Made by a program: the position numbers and the translations under genes. The notes beneath the pieces are model-generated. The model was not told the DNA's origin and searched no databases. It saw only the letters and a list, made by a program, of their open reading frames with translations. A stretch of DNA of 44,605 bases. Origin: a virus. Its lineage: Duplodnaviria > Heunggongvirae > Uroviricota > Caudoviricetes. The stretch's first letter is position 1. Each line of letters opens with the position of its first letter. Location of the stretch: IMG/VR virus record IMGVR_UViG_2547132255_000004; one strand, written 5' to 3'. Positions 32,863 through 44,311 of the stretch are shown here, piece after piece.

Positions 32863-35416
32863 ACCGGTAGGCGATCTGGTCGTTGATTTGAGTCTGGATG
32901 CGGCCAGATTTGACGAGCAGATGGCCAGAGTCAGGCGTCATTTTTCCGGTACGGAAAGTGATGCGAAAAAAACAGCGGCAGTCGTTGAACAGTCGCTGAG
33001 CCGACAGGCGCTGGCTGCACAGAAAGCGGGGATTTCCGTCGGGCAGTATAAAGCCGCCATGCGTATGCTGCCTGCACAGTTCACCGACGTGGCCACGCAG
33101 CTTGCAGGCGGGCAAAGTCCGTGGCTGATCCTGCTGCAACAGGGGGGGCAGGTGAAGGACTCCTTCGGCGGGATGATCCCCATGTTCAGGGGGCTTGCCG
33201 GTGCGATCACCCTGCCGATGGTGGGGGCCACCTCGCTGGCGGTGGCGACCGGTGCGCTGGCGTATGCCTGGTATCAGGGCAACTCAACCCTGTCCGATTT
33301 CAACAAAACGCTGGTCCTTTCCGGCAATCAGGCGGGTCTGACGGCAGATCGTATGCTGGTCCTGTCCAGAGCCGGGCAGGCGGCTGGGCTGACGTTTAAC
33401 CAGACCAGCGAGTCACTCAGCGCACTGGTTAAGGCGGGGGTAAGCGGTGAGGCTCAGATTGCGTCCATCAGCCAGAGTGTGGCGCGTTTCTCCTCTGCAT
33501 CCGGCGTGGAGGTGGACAAGGTCGCTGAAGCCTTCGGGAAGCTGACCACAGACCCGACGTCGGGGCTGACGGCGATGGCACGCCAGTTCCATAACGTGAC
33601 GGCGGAGCAGATTGCGTATGTTGCTCAGTTGCAGCGTTCCGGCGATGAAGCCGGGGCATTGCAGGCGGCGAACGAGGCCGCAACGAAAGGGTTTGATGAC
33701 CAGACCCGCCGCCTGAAAGAGAACATGGGCACGCTGGAGACCTGGGCAGACAGGACTGCGCGGGCATTCAAATCCATGTGGGATGCGGTGCTGGATATTG
33801 GTCGTCCTGATACCGCGCAGGAGATGCTGATTAAGGCAGAGGCTGCGTTTAAGAAAGCAGACGACATCTGGAATCTGCGCAAGGATGATTATTTTGTTAA
33901 CGATGAAGCGCGGGCGCGTTACTGGGATGATCGTGAAAAGGCCCGTCTTGCGCTTGAAGCCGCCCGAAAGAAGGCTGAACAGCAGAGTCAACAGGACAAA
34001 AATGCGCAGCAGCAGAGCGATACCGAAGCGTCACGGCTGAAATATACCGAAGAGGCGCAGAAGGCTTACGAACGGCTGCAGACGCCGCTGGAGAAATATG
34101 CCGCCCGTCAGGAAGAACTGAATAAGGCCCTGAAAGACGGAAAAATCCTGCAGGCAGATTACAACACGCTGATGGCGGCAGCGAAAAAGGACTATGAAAC
34201 GACACTGAAAAAGCCGAAGCAGTCCGGCGTGAAGGTGTCTGCGGGCGATCGTCAGGAAGACAGTGCTCATGCTGCCCTGCTGACGCTTCAGGCTGAACTC
34301 CGGACGCTGGAGAAGCATGCCGGAGCAAATGAGAAAATCAGCCAGCAGCGCCGGGATTTGTGGAAGGCGGAGAGTCAGTTCGCGGTACTGGAGGAGGCGG
34401 CGCAACGTCGCCAGCTGTCTGCACAGGAGAAATCCCTGCTGGCGCATAAAGATGAGACGCTGGAGTACAAACGCCAGCTGGCTGCACTTGGCGACAAGGT
34501 TACGTATCAGGAGCGCCTGAACGCGCTGGCGCAGCAGGCGGATAAATTCGCACAGCAGCAACGGGCAAAACGGGCCGCCATTGATGCGAAAAGCCGGGGG
34601 CTGACTGACCGGCAGGCAGAACGGGAAGCCACGGAACAGCGCCTGAAGGAACAGTATGGCGATAATCCGCTGGCGCTGAATAACGTCATGTCAGAGCAGA
34701 AAAAGACCTGGGCGGCTGAAGACCAGCTTCGCGGGAACTGGATGGCAGGCCTGAAGTCCGGCTGGAGTGAGTGGGAAGAGAGCGCCACGGACAGTATGTC
34801 GCAGGTAAAAAGTGCAGCCACGCAGACCTTTGATGGTATTGCACAGAATATGGCGGCGATGCTGACCGGCAGTGAGCAGAACTGGCGCAGCTTCACCCGT
34901 TCCGTGCTGTCCATGATGACAGAAATTCTGCTTAAGCAGGCAATGGTGGGGATTGTCGGGAGTATCGGCAGCGCCATTGGCGGGGCTGTTGGTGGCGGCG
35001 CATCCGCGTCAGGCGGTACAGCCATTCAGGCCGCTGCGGCGAAATTCCATTTTGCAACCGGAGGATTTACGGGAACCGGCGGCAAATATGAGCCAGCGGG
35101 GATTGTTCACCGTGGTGAGTTTGTCTTCACGAAGGAGGCAACCAGCCGGATTGGCGTGGGGAATCTTTACCGGCTGATGCGCGGCTATGCCACCGGCGGT
35201 TATGTCGGTACACCGGGCAGCATGGCAGACAGCCGGTCGCAGGCGTCCGGGACGTTTGAGCAGAATAACCATGTGGTGATTAACAACGACGGCACGAACG
35301 GGCAGATAGGTCCGGCTGCTCTGAAGGCGGTGTATGACATGGCCCGCAAGGGTGCCCGTGATGAAATTCAGACACAGATGCGTGATGGTGGCCTGTTCTC
35401 CGGAGGTGGACGATGA
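32855..35416 (+). CDS. H: Tail tape measure protein H
   Basis: 853-aa protein, same length and lambda-like sequence as lambda gpH. Confidence 0.95.
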   Translation: MAEPVGDLVVDLSLDAARFDEQMARVRRHFSGTESDAKKTAAVVEQSLSRQALAAQKAGISVGQYKAAMRMLPAQFTDVATQLAGGQSPWLILLQQGGQVKDSFGGMIPMFRGLAGAITLPMVGATSLAVATGALAYAWYQGNSTLSDFNKTLVLSGNQAGLTADRMLVLSRAGQAAGLTFNQTSESLSALVKAGVSGEAQIASISQSVARFSSASGVEVDKVAEAFGKLTTDPTSGLTAMARQFHNVTAEQIAYVAQLQRSGDEAGALQAANEAATKGFDDQTRRLKENMGTLETWADRTARAFKSMWDAVLDIGRPDTAQEMLIKAEAAFKKADDIWNLRKDDYFVNDEARARYWDDREKARLALEAARKKAEQQSQQDKNAQQQSDTEASRLKYTEEAQKAYERLQTPLEKYAARQEELNKALKDGKILQADYNTLMAAAKKDYETTLKKPKQSGVKVSAGDRQEDSAHAALLTLQAELRTLEKHAGANEKISQQRRDLWKAESQFAVLEEAAQRRQLSAQEKSLLAHKDETLEYKRQLAALGDKVTYQERLNALAQQADKFAQQQRAKRAAIDAKSRGLTDRQAEREATEQRLKEQYGDNPLALNNVMSEQKKTWAAEDQLRGNWMAGLKSGWSEWEESATDSMSQVKSAATQTFDGIAQNMAAMLTGSEQNWRSFTRSVLSMMTEILLKQAMVGIVGSIGSAIGGAVGGGASASGGTAIQAAAAKFHFATGGFTGTGGKYEPAGIVHRGEFVFTKEATSRIGVGNLYRLMRGYATGGYVGTPGSMADSRSQASGTFEQNNHVVINNDGTNGQIGPAALKAVYDMARKGARDEIQTQMRDGGLFSGGGR

Positions 35417-35742
35417 AGACCTTCCGCTGGAAAGTGAAACCCGGTATGGATGTGGCTTCGGTCCCTTCTGTAAGAAAGGTGCGCTTTGGTGATGGCTATT
35501 CTCAGCGAGCGCCTGCCGGGCTGAATGCCAACCTGAAAACGTACAGCGTGACGCTTTCTGTCCCCCGTGAGGAGGCCACGGTACTGGAGTCGTTTCTGGA
35601 AGAGCACGGGGGCTGGAAATCCTTTCTGTGGACGCCGCCTTATGAGTGGCGGCAGATAAAGGTGACCTGCGCAAAATGGTCGTCGCGGGTCAGTATGCTG
35701 CGTGTTGAGTTCAGCGCAGAGTTTGAACAGGTGGTGAACTGA
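35413..35742 (+). CDS. M: Tail tip protein M
   Basis: 109-aa protein MKTFRWKVKPGMDVASVPSVRKVRFGDGYSQRAPAGLNANLKTYSVTLSVPREEATVLESFLEEHGGWKSFLWTPPYEW... matches lambda gpM. Confidence 0.9.
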   Translation: MKTFRWKVKPGMDVASVPSVRKVRFGDGYSQRAPAGLNANLKTYSVTLSVPREEATVLESFLEEHGGWKSFLWTPPYEWRQIKVTCAKWSSRVSMLRVEFSAEFEQVVN

Positions 35743-36440
35743 TGCAGGATATCCGGCAGGAAACACTGAATGAATGCACCCGTGCGGAGCAGTCGGCCAG
35801 CGTGGTGCTCTGGGAAATCGACCTGACAGAGGTCGGTGGAGAACGTTATTTTTTCTGTAATGAGCAGAACGAAAAAGGTGAGCCGGTCACCTGGCAGGGG
35901 CGACAGTATCAGCCGTATCCCATTCAGGGGAGCGGTTTTGAACTGAATGGCAAAGGCACCAGTACGCGCCCCACGCTGACGGTTTCTAACCTGTACGGTA
36001 TGGTCACCGGGATGGCGGAAGATCTGCAGAGTCTGGTCGGCGGAACGGTGGTCCGGCGTAAGGTTTACGCCCGTTTTCTGGATGCGGTGAACTTCGTCAA
36101 CGGAAACAGTTATGCCGATCCGGAGCAGGAGGTGATCAGCCGCTGGCGCATTGAGCAGTGCAGCGAACTGAGCGCGGTGAGTGCCTCCTTTGTACTGTCC
36201 ACGCCGACGGAAACGGATGGCGCTGTTTTTCCGGGACGTATCATGCTGGCCAACACCTGCACCTGGACCTATCGCGGTGACGAGTGCGGTTATAGCGGTC
36301 CGGCTGTCGCGGATGAATATGACCAGCCAACGTCCGATATCACGAAGGATAAATGCAGCAAATGCCTGAGCGGTTGTAAGTTCCGCAATAACGTCGGCAA
36401 CTTTGGCGGCTTCCTTTCCATTAACAAACTTTCGCAGTAA
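35742..36440 (+). CDS. L: Tail tip protein L
   Basis: 232-aa protein in the lambda position; lambda-like sequence with C-terminal cysteine cluster. Confidence 0.9.
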   Translation: MQDIRQETLNECTRAEQSASVVLWEIDLTEVGGERYFFCNEQNEKGEPVTWQGRQYQPYPIQGSGFELNGKGTSTRPTLTVSNLYGMVTGMAEDLQSLVGGTVVRRKVYARFLDAVNFVNGNSYADPEQEVISRWRIEQCSELSAVSASFVLSTPTETDGAVFPGRIMLANTCTWTYRGDECGYSGPAVADEYDQPTSDITKDKCSKCLSGCKFRNNVGNFGGFLSINKLSQ

Positions 36441-36444
36441 TCCC

Positions 36445-37188
36445 ATGACACAGACAGAATCAGCGATTCTGGCGCACGCCCGGCGATGTGCGCCAGCGGA
36501 GTCGTGTGGCTTCGTGGTGAGAACGCCGAAGGGGGAAAGATATTTTCCCTGCGTGAATATCTCCGGTGAGCCGGAGGCGTATTTCCGGATGTCGCCGGAG
36601 GACTGGCTGCGGGCAGAAATGCAGGGTGAGATTGTGGCGCTGGTCCACAGCCACCCCGGTGGTCTGCCCTGGCTGAGTGAGGCTGACAGGCGGCTGCAGG
36701 TGCAGAGCGATTTGCCGTGGTGGCTGGTCTGCCGGGGTGAGATTCATAAATTCCGCTGTGTGCCGCATCTTACCGGGCGGCGCTTTGAGCACGGGGTGAC
36801 GGACTGTTACACGCTGTTCCGGGATGCTTATCATCTGGCGGGGATTGAGATGCCGGATTTTCATCGCGGGGATGACTGGTGGCGTCACGGTCAGAATCTC
36901 TATCTGGATAATCTGGAGGCCACAGGGCTGTATCAGGTGCCGTTGTCATCAGCACAACCGGGCGATGTGCTGCTGTGCTGTTTTGGTTCATCGGTGCCGA
37001 ATCATGCCGCCATTTACTGTGGTGATGGCGAGCTGCTGCACCATATTCCTGAACAACTGAGCAAACGAGAGAGGTATACCGACAAATGGCAGCGACGCAC
37101 ACACTCCCTCTGGCGTCACCGGGCATGGCGCGCATCTGCCTTTACGGGGATTTACAACGATTTGGCCGCCGCATCGACCTTCGTGTGA
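36445..37188 (+). CDS. K: Tail tip assembly protein K (NlpC/P60 + JAB-like)
   Basis: Internal Met MTQTESAILAHARRCAPAESCGFVV... of ORF 36403..37188 matches the lambda gpK start. Confidence 0.85.
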   Translation: MTQTESAILAHARRCAPAESCGFVVRTPKGERYFPCVNISGEPEAYFRMSPEDWLRAEMQGEIVALVHSHPGGLPWLSEADRRLQVQSDLPWWLVCRGEIHKFRCVPHLTGRRFEHGVTDCYTLFRDAYHLAGIEMPDFHRGDDWWRHGQNLYLDNLEATGLYQVPLSSAQPGDVLLCCFGSSVPNHAAIYCGDGELLHHIPEQLSKRERYTDKWQRRTHSLWRHRAWRASAFTGIYNDLAAASTFV

Positions 37189-37757
37189 AAACGGGGGCTG
37201 AAGCCATCCGGGCGCTGGCCACACAGCTCCCGGCGTTTCGTCAGAAACTGAGCGACGGCTGGTATCAGGTACGGATTGCCGGGCGGGACGTCAGCACGTC
37301 CGGATTGACGGCGCAGTTACATGAGGTTCTGCCTGACGGCGCTGTGATTCATATTGTTCCCAGAGTCGCCGGGGCCAAGTCAGGGGGCGTATTCCAGATT
37401 GTTCTGGGGGCTACCGCCATTGCCGGATCATTCTTTACTGCCGGAGCCACCCTTGCAGCATGGGGGGCAGCCATTGGGGCCGGTGGTATGACCGGTATCC
37501 TGTTTTCTCTCGGTGCCAGTATGGTACTTGGTGGTGTGGCGCAGATGCTGGCACCGAAAGCTAGAACTCCCCGTACACAGACAACGGATAACGGTAAGCA
37601 GAACACCTATTTCTCCTCACTGGATAACATGGTTGCCCAGGGCAATGTTCTGCCTGTTCTGTACGGTGAAATGCGCGTGGGGTCGCGGGTGGCTTCTCAG
37701 GAGATCAGCACGGCAGACGAGGGGGACGGTGGTCAGGTTGTGGTGATTGGTCGTTGA
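37086..37757 (+). CDS. I: Tail tip assembly protein I
   Basis: 223-aa protein MAATHTLPLASPGMARICLYGDLQRFGRRIDLRVKTGAEAIRALATQ... matches lambda gpI. Confidence 0.9.
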   Translation: MAATHTLPLASPGMARICLYGDLQRFGRRIDLRVKTGAEAIRALATQLPAFRQKLSDGWYQVRIAGRDVSTSGLTAQLHEVLPDGAVIHIVPRVAGAKSGGVFQIVLGATAIAGSFFTAGATLAAWGAAIGAGGMTGILFSLGASMVLGGVAQMLAPKARTPRTQTTDNGKQNTYFSSLDNMVAQGNVLPVLYGEMRVGSRVASQEISTADEGDGGQVVVIGR

Positions 37758-37817
37758 TGAAAAACGTTTTATGTGAAACCGCCTCAGGGCGGTTTTGTCG
37801 TTTCTGGAGCGTGAGGA

Positions 37818-40800
37818 ATGGGTAAAGGCAGCAGTAAGGGGCATACCCCGCGCGAAGCGAAGGACAACCTGAAATCATCCCAGATGCTGAGCGTGATAGA
37901 CGCCATCAGTGAAGGGCCGATTGAAGGTCCGGTGGACGGATTAAAAAGTGTGCTGCTGAACAGTACGCCAGTGCTGGACAGTGAGGGGAATACCAATATC
38001 TCCGGTGTCACGGTGGTTTTCCGGGCAGGTGAGCAGGAGCAGACACCGCCGGAGGGATTTGAATCCTCCGGCTCCGAGACGGTGCTGGGTACGGAAGTGA
38101 AGTACGACACGCCGATTACCCGGACCATCACGTCTGCAAACATCGACCGTCTGCGCTTTACCTTCGGTGTGCAGGCACTGGTGGAAACCACCTCAAAGGG
38201 GGACCGGAATCCGTCGGAAGTCCGCCTGCTGGTTCAGATACAGCGTAACGGTGGCTGGGTGACGGAAAAAGACATCACCATTAAAGGCAAAACCACCTCA
38301 CAGTATCTGGCCTCGGTGGTGGTGGGTAACCTGCCGCCGCGCCCGTTCAATATCCGGATGCGCAGGATGACGCCGGACAGCACCACAGACCAGCTGCAGA
38401 ACAAAACGCTCTGGTCGTCATACACCGAAATCATCGATGTGAAACAGTGCTACCCGAACACGGCACTGGTCGGCGTACAGGTGGATTCGGAGCAGTTCGG
38501 CAGCCAGCAGGTGAGCCGTAATTATCATCTGCGCGGGCGTATTCTGCAGGTGCCGTCGAACTATAACCCGCAGACGCGGCAATACAGCGGTATCTGGGAC
38601 GGAACGTTTAAGCCAGCATACAGCAATAACATGGCCTGGTGTCTGTGGGATATGCTGACCCATCCACGCTACGGCATGGGGAAACGTCTTGGTGCGGCGG
38701 ATGTGGACAAATGGGCGCTGTATGTCATCGGCCAGTACTGCGACCAGTCAGTGCCGGACGGCTTTGGCGGCACGGAGCCGCGCATCACCTGTAATGCGTA
38801 CCTGACCACACAGCGCAAGGCGTGGGATGTGCTCAGTGATTTCTGCTCGGCGATGCGCTGTATGCCGGTATGGAACGGGCAGACGCTGACGTTCGTGCAG
38901 GACCGACCGTCGGATAAGGTGTGGACCTATAACCGCAGTAATGTGGTGATGCCGGATGATGGCGCGCCGTTCCGCTACAGTTTCAGCGCCCTGAAAGACC
39001 GCCATAATGCCGTTGAGGTGAACTGGATTGACCCGAACAACGGCTGGGAGACGGCGACAGAGCTTGTGGAGGATACGCAGGCCATTGCCCGTTACGGTCG
39101 TAACGTCACGAAGATGGATGCTTTTGGCTGTACCAGCCGGGGGCAGGCACACCGCGCCGGGCTGTGGCTGATTAAAACAGAACTGCTGGAAACGCAGACC
39201 GTGGACTTCTGCGTGGGCGCAGAAGGGCTTCGCCATGTGCCGGGCGATGTCATTGAAATCTGTGATGATGACTATGCCGGTATCAGCATCGGCGGGCGCG
39301 TGCTGGCGGTAAACAGCCAGACCCGGACGCTGACGCTCGACCGTGAAATCACGCTGCCATCCTCCGGTACCACGCTGATAAGCCTGGTTGACGGAAGTGG
39401 CAATCCGATCAGCGTGGAGGTTCAGTCCGTCACCGACGGCGTGAAGGTGAAAGTGAGCCGTGTTCCTGACGGTGTTGCTGAATACAGCGTGTGGGGGCTG
39501 AAGCTGCCGACGCTGCGCCAGCGCCTGTTCCGCTGCGTGAGTATCCGTGAGAACGACGACGGCACGTATGCCATCACCGCCGTGCAGCATGTACCGGAAA
39601 AAGAGGCCATCGTGGATAACGGGGCGTACTTTGACGGCGACCAGAGCGGCACGGTGAATGGTGTCACGCCGCCAGCGGTGCAGCACCTGACCGCCGAAGT
39701 CACCGCAGACAGCGGGGAATATCAGGTGCTGGCGCGCTGGGACACGCCGAAGGTGGTGAAGGGCGTGAGCTTCCTGCTCCGTCTGACCGTAACAGCGGAT
39801 GACGGCAGTGAGCGGCTGGTCAGCACGGCCCGGACGACGGAAACCACATACCGCTTCAGGCAACTGGCGCTGGGGAACTACAGGCTGACAGTCCGGGCGG
39901 TAAATGCGTGGGGGCAGCAGGGCGATCCGGCGTCGGTATCGTTCCGGATTGCCGCACCGGCAGCACCGTCGAGGATTGAGCTGACGCCGGGCTATTTTCA
40001 GATAACCGCCACGCCGCATCTTGCCGTTTATGACCCGACGGTACAGTTTGAGTTCTGGTTCTCGGAAAAGCGGATTACCGATATCAGGCAGGTTGAAACC
40101 ACAGCCCGCTATCTTGGTACGGCGCTGTACTGGATAGCCGCCAGTATCAATATCAAACCGGGCCATGATTATTACTTTTATATCCGCAGTGTGAACACCG
40201 TTGGCAAATCGGCATTCGTGGAGGCCGTCGGTCGGGCGAGCGATGATGCGGAAGGTTACCTGGATTTTTTCAAAGGCAAGATAACCGAATCCCATCTCGG
40301 CAAGGAGCTGCTGGAAAAAGTCGAGCTGACGGAGGATAACGCCAGCAGACTGGAGGAGTTTTCGAAAGAGTGGAAGGACGCCAACGATAAGTGGAATGCC
40401 ATGTGGGGCGTCAAAATTGAGCAGACCAAAGACGGCAAACATTATGTCGCGGGTATTGGCCTCAGCATGGAGGACACGGAGGAAGGCAAACTGAGTCAGT
40501 TTCTGGTTGCCGCTAACCGTATCGCATTTATTGACCCGGCAAACGGGAATGAAACGCCGATGTTTGTGGCGCAGGGCAATCAGATATTCATGAACGACGT
40601 GTTCCTGAAGCGCCTGACGGCCCCCACCATTACCAGTGGTGGCAGTCCTCCGGTATTTTCCCTGACATCAGACGGAAAGCTGACCGCTAAAAATGCGGAT
40701 ATCAGTGGCAGTGTGAATGCGAACGCCGGGACGCTCAACAATGTCACGGTAAATGAAAACTGTACGATTAAGGGCATGCTGGAGGCGACTCAGGTCAGAG

Positions 40801-41231
40801 GTGACTTCGTTAAAGCTGTATCCAAATCATTTCCGAAACAGGCTGGTACGTGGGGTAACACGGAAACACCAAACGGGACGGTTACAGTCACCATCAGCGA
40901 TGATCATAACTTTGACCGTCAAATCATTATTCCGCCCATTATCTTTAACGGAATAGCGTATAGCGATCCGGGAAGTGGTAATAACCCGGGAGGTACAAGA
41001 TACACGGGTTATGGTTTTGAAGTTCGCAAAAACGGTGTATTAATCGCATCCAGAGAAACTAAAGGGGCCATTCCCGGTAGCTACAGTGCGGTTATTGATA
41101 TGCCGAGTGGCAGGGGAAGCGTCACTCTGGAGTTTAAGGTTTTCCATAAAGGCAATCAGTGGGCAGGTAATATCACCGACTGTACGGTGATTGTGACCAA
41201 AAAAGCCGCTTCCGGCATCAGTATTCGTTGA
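37818..41231 (+). CDS. J: Central tail fibre / host-specificity protein J; C-terminal receptor-binding region differs from lambda
   Basis: 1137-aa protein; N-terminal roughly 1000 residues are lambda J-like, but the last roughly 130-150 residues (...[54 protein letters not shown]...[14 protein letters not shown]) do not match the lambda LamB-binding C-terminus as I recall it. Confidence 0.9.
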   Translation: MGKGSSKGHTPREAKDNLKSSQMLSVIDAISEGPIEGPVDGLKSVLLNSTPVLDSEGNTNISGVTVVFRAGEQEQTPPEGFESSGSETVLGTEVKYDTPITRTITSANIDRLRFTFGVQALVETTSKGDRNPSEVRLLVQIQRNGGWVTEKDITIKGKTTSQYLASVVVGNLPPRPFNIRMRRMTPDSTTDQLQNKTLWSSYTEIIDVKQCYPNTALVGVQVDSEQFGSQQVSRNYHLRGRILQVPSNYNPQTRQYSGIWDGTFKPAYSNNMAWCLWDMLTHPRYGMGKRLGAADVDKWALYVIGQYCDQSVPDGFGGTEPRITCNAYLTTQRKAWDVLSDFCSAMRCMPVWNGQTLTFVQDRPSDKVWTYNRSNVVMPDDGAPFRYSFSALKDRHNAVEVNWIDPNNGWETATELVEDTQAIARYGRNVTKMDAFGCTSRGQAHRAGLWLIKTELLETQTVDFCVGAEGLRHVPGDVIEICDDDYAGISIGGRVLAVNSQTRTLTLDREITLPSSGTTLISLVDGSGNPISVEVQSVTDGVKVKVSRVPDGVAEYSVWGLKLPTLRQRLFRCVSIRENDDGTYAITAVQHVPEKEAIVDNGAYFDGDQSGTVNGVTPPAVQHLTAEVTADSGEYQVLARWDTPKVVKGVSFLLRLTVTADDGSERLVSTARTTETTYRFRQLALGNYRLTVRAVNAWGQQGDPASVSFRIAAPAAPSRIELTPGYFQITATPHLAVYDPTVQFEFWFSEKRITDIRQVETTARYLGTALYWIAASINIKPGHDYYFYIRSVNTVGKSAFVEAVGRASDDAEGYLDFFKGKITESHLGKELLEKVELTEDNASRLEEFSKEWKDANDKWNAMWGVKIEQTKDGKHYVAGIGLSMEDTEEGKLSQFLVAANRIAFIDPANGNETPMFVAQGNQIFMNDVFLKRLTAPTITSGGSPPVFSLTSDGKLTAKNADISGSVNANAGTLNNVTVNENCTIKGMLEATQVRGDFVKAVSKSFPKQAGTWGNTETPNGTVTVTISDDHNFDRQIIIPPIIFNGIAYSDPGSGNNPGGTRYTGYGFEVRKNGVLIASRETKGAIPGSYSAVIDMPSGRGSVTLEFKVFHKGNQWAGNITDCTVIVTKKAASGISIR

Positions 41232-41252
41232 AATTGTTATAACCCATATAAG

Positions 41253-41277
41253 GGCACCAGAAATGGTGCCTTTTTTA
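41253..41277 (+). terminator. Rho-independent terminator downstream of J
   Basis: GGCACC-agaaat-GGTGCC followed by TTTTTTATT. Confidence 0.6.
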
Positions 41278-41300
41278 TTGCAGAAAAGCGAGAGGTAATT

Positions 41301-41900
41301 ATGCGTAAACTTTATGCCGCCATTTTGTCCGCAGCCATTTGTCTGGCCGTATCCGGTGCGCCTGCATGGGCATCTGAACATCAGTCCACGCTGAGCGCGG
41401 GGTATCTTCATGCCTCGACGAACGTTCCCGGCAGCGATGATCTTAACGGGATTAACGTGAAATACCGTTATGAGTTTACGGACACACTGGGGCTGGTGAC
41501 GTCATTCAGCTATGCAGGAGACAAGAATCGCCAGCTTACCCGTTACAGCGATACCCGCTGGCATGAAGATTCCGTGCGTAACCGCTGGTTCAGCGTGATG
41601 GTGGGGCCGTCTGTGCGCGTGAATGAATGGTTCAGCGCGTATGCGATGGCGGGTATGGCTTACAGCCGTGTGTCGACTTTCTCCGGGGATTATCTCCGCG
41701 TAACTGACAACAAGGGGAAAACGCACGACGTGCTGACCGGAAGTGATGACGGTCGCCACAGCAACACGTCTCTGGCGTGGGGAGCTGGCGTGCAGTTTAA
41801 CCCGACCGAATCCGTGGCCATTGATATTGCTTATGAAGGCTCCGGCAGTGGCGACTGGCGCACTGACGGTTTCATCGTGGGTGTCGGTTATAAGTTCTGA
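41301..41900 (+). CDS. lom: Lom-like outer membrane protein (Ail/Lom/PagC family)
   Basis: 199-aa protein with signal peptide and C-terminal ...[15 protein letters not shown] beta-barrel end typical of the family; lambda lom position after J. Confidence 0.85.
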
Positions 41901-41926
41901 TTAGCCAGGTAACACAGTGTTATGAC

Positions 41927-41953
41927 AGCCCGCCGGTTCAGGCGGGCTTTTTT
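41927..41953 (+). terminator. Rho-independent terminator downstream of lom
   Basis: AGCCCGCC-ggttca-GGCGGGCT followed by TTTTT. Confidence 0.6.
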
Positions 41954-41958
41954 GTGGG

Positions 41959-44024
41959 GTGAATATGGCAGTAAAGATTTCAGGTGTACTGAAAGACGGC
42001 ACAGGAAAACCGGTACAGAACTGCACAATCCAGCTGAAAGCAAAACGTAACAGCACCACAGTTGTGGTGAACACGGTGGCCTCAGAAAATCCGGATGAAG
42101 CCGGACGTTACAGCATGGATGTTGAGTATGGCCAGTACAGCGTCGCCCTGCTGGTTGAAGGTTTTCCGCCTTCACATGCCGGGACCATCACCGTGTATGA
42201 GGATTCTAAGCCGGGGACATTGAATGATTTTCTGGGCGCTGCAACAGAAGATGATGTTTGTCCGGAGGCACTGTATCGTTTTGAAAAGATGGTGGAAGAG
42301 GCGGCACGCAACGCTGAAGCCGCCTCTCAGAGCGCAGCGGCAGCAAAGAAATCAGAAACAGCAGCGGCATCGTCCAGGAACGCGGCGAAAACATCAGAGA
42401 CGAATGCAGGTAACAGCGCGAAAGCGGCAGCTTCTTCAAAAACAGCCGCACAAAACGCAGCAACAGCGGCAGAACGTTCAGAGACAAATGCCCGTGCGTC
42501 AGAAGAAGCCTCCGCAGACAGTGAAGAGGCTTCCCGCCGTAATGCAGAGTCAGCCGCTGAAAATGCCGGAGTCGCCACCACAAAAGCGCGGGAGGCCGCA
42601 GCAGACGCAACAAAGGCCGGGCAGAAAAAGGATGAGGCTCTGTCGGCAGCGACACGAGCTGAAAAGGCGGCAGACCGCGCAGAAGCCGCAGCGGAAGTGA
42701 CTGCAGAGCCCTGTGCGAATATAGTGCCGCCGCTGCCTGATGTGTGGATACCGTTTAACGATTCACTGGATATGATTGCGGGTTTTTCTCCGGGCTATAA
42801 AAAAATAGCTATTGGTGACGATGTGGTTCAGGTCGCCAGTGATAAACAGGTTAATTTCAGTCGCGCATCAACGGCAACATATATCAACAAATCTGGCGAA
42901 CTGAAAACGGCGGAAATTAATGAGCCGCGATTTGAGTGTGATGGCCTGCTTATTGAGGGACAAAGAACGAACTACATGCTCAATTCGGAAAGTCCAGCCA
43001 GCTGGGGGAAGTCATCAAACATGGATGTGCCCGAAACCGGGACGGATAGTTTTGGTTTTACTTATGGAAAGTTTGTCTGCAACGATTCTCTGGTTGGGCA
43101 AACTTCGGCTATTAATATGGCATCAATTGCTGCAACAAAGTCAGTTGATGTCTCAGGCGATAACAAGTACGTGACAACCTCATGCCGTTTTAAAACAGAA
43201 CGACAGGTAAGGTTACGTATACGGTTTGATAAGTATGATGGTAGTGCAACAACTTTTCTTGGCGATGCGTACATTGATACGCAAACGCTTGAAATTAGTA
43301 TGACAGGTGGTGCTGCCGGCAGAATTACGGCACGAGTCAGGAAGGATAAGACCACGGGCTGGATTTTTGCAGAGGCAACGATTCAGGCAATTGATGGTGA
43401 GTTAAAAATAGGCTCTCAGATACAGTATTCTCCTGGGCAGGGTGGGGCAACAGTATCTGGTGACTATATTTATCTTGCCACCCCACAAGTAGAGAATGGG
43501 CCGTGTGTATCATCATTTATTATTTCAGGAGGCAGCGCAACGACAAGAGCCAGTGATTTGGTTAGTATCCCCACCAGAAATAATCTTTATAAGTTACCAT
43601 TTACTTTTTACTTGAGATTCATAAAAACTGGGATATTGCACCAAACGCCGCACCCCGCGTGTGGGATATAGCAGCAGCCAATACCGGGCAATCAGCAATT
43701 GCAGCAATCAACAGAGGTAGTGGTAAGTTATATATGAGTCTGTCAAACCCTTCAGGCTCGTATGTTAATAGCGCAGCGACAGATGTATTTGCAGAGAAAA
43801 CCACATTTGGATGTATTGCAAAAGCTGATGGTCACTTTCATGTGGTGACAAATGGTAAAGCGGTTAATGAAGTTTATTGTGAATATAATGGCGTGACCGC
43901 TGATAAAAATATCCGATTTGGAGGGCAGACGAATACTGGAGAACGACATCTGTTTGGCCATATTCGCAATTTCCGCATATGGCATAAAGAATTAAATGAC
44001 AGGCAATTAAAAGAGGTCGTATGA
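41959..44024 (+). pseudogene. stf: Side tail fibre gene stf, split into 570-aa and 121-aa ORFs by a frameshift at an A5 run (about 43623-43627)
   Basis: N-terminus MAVKISGVLKDGTGKPVQNCTIQLKAKRNSTTVVVNTV... plus Ala/Ser-rich repeat region matches the lambda Stf N-terminal part; protein-like translation continues in the +1 frame (NWDIAPNAAPRVWDIAAANTG...NFRIWHKELNDRQLKEVV) right after the A-run. Confidence 0.65.
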
Positions 44025-44299
44025 AAGATTTAACTTTGAAGTTTCATGACAAACTGCAGTTTAAGGCCTTCCTGTCATCTCTTGGCTGGGCGGAAGATGA
44101 AGACCTCCAGAATAAACTGTTAGTTGATGAAATTGGTTTCACCTACACAGAAACAGGGGTAACAGAAGAGGGAGAACCTGTCTGTATCCGGAATGATGGT
44201 TATTTTGTCAACATTCGCATTCTTGATGACTTGTTTGATGTTTCTGTATTCTCTGATTATGTCGTGGAGCTGGAAACACCGCTTCGGGAATGGAGCTGA
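44021..44299 (+). CDS. Hypothetical 92-aa acidic protein downstream of stf
   Basis: ORF overlapping the stf end; in the position where lambda has tfa but not Tfa-like by eye. Confidence 0.4.
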   Translation: MKDLTLKFHDKLQFKAFLSSLGWAEDEDLQNKLLVDEIGFTYTETGVTEEGEPVCIRNDGYFVNIRILDDLFDVSVFSDYVVELETPLREWS

Positions 44300-44311
44300 A
44301 AGGAGGAAATA

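Noticed and set aside
33413-35025. Several 100-220-aa ORFs on both strands inside the tape measure gene H
   Set aside because: All overlap the lambda-like H reading frame; low-complexity Arg/Pro/Ala-rich translations; artefacts of repetitive GC-rich sequence.
35640-36446. 268-aa minus-strand ORF spanning M and L
   Set aside because: Antisense to two well-supported tail genes; no independent support.
38748-40442. 564-aa ORF on the minus strand inside J
   Set aside because: Lies entirely antisense to the well-supported J gene; translation is Arg/Pro/Gly/Ala-rich as expected for the reverse complement of a GC-rich coding region; no RBS or gene context.
42206-42700. ORFs of about 150 aa in alternative frames and on the minus strand within the Ala/Ser-rich repeat part of stf
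   Set aside because: The GCN-rich repetitive codons keep other frames open; translations are Q/R/P-rich low complexity; the lambda Stf-like frame is the real one.
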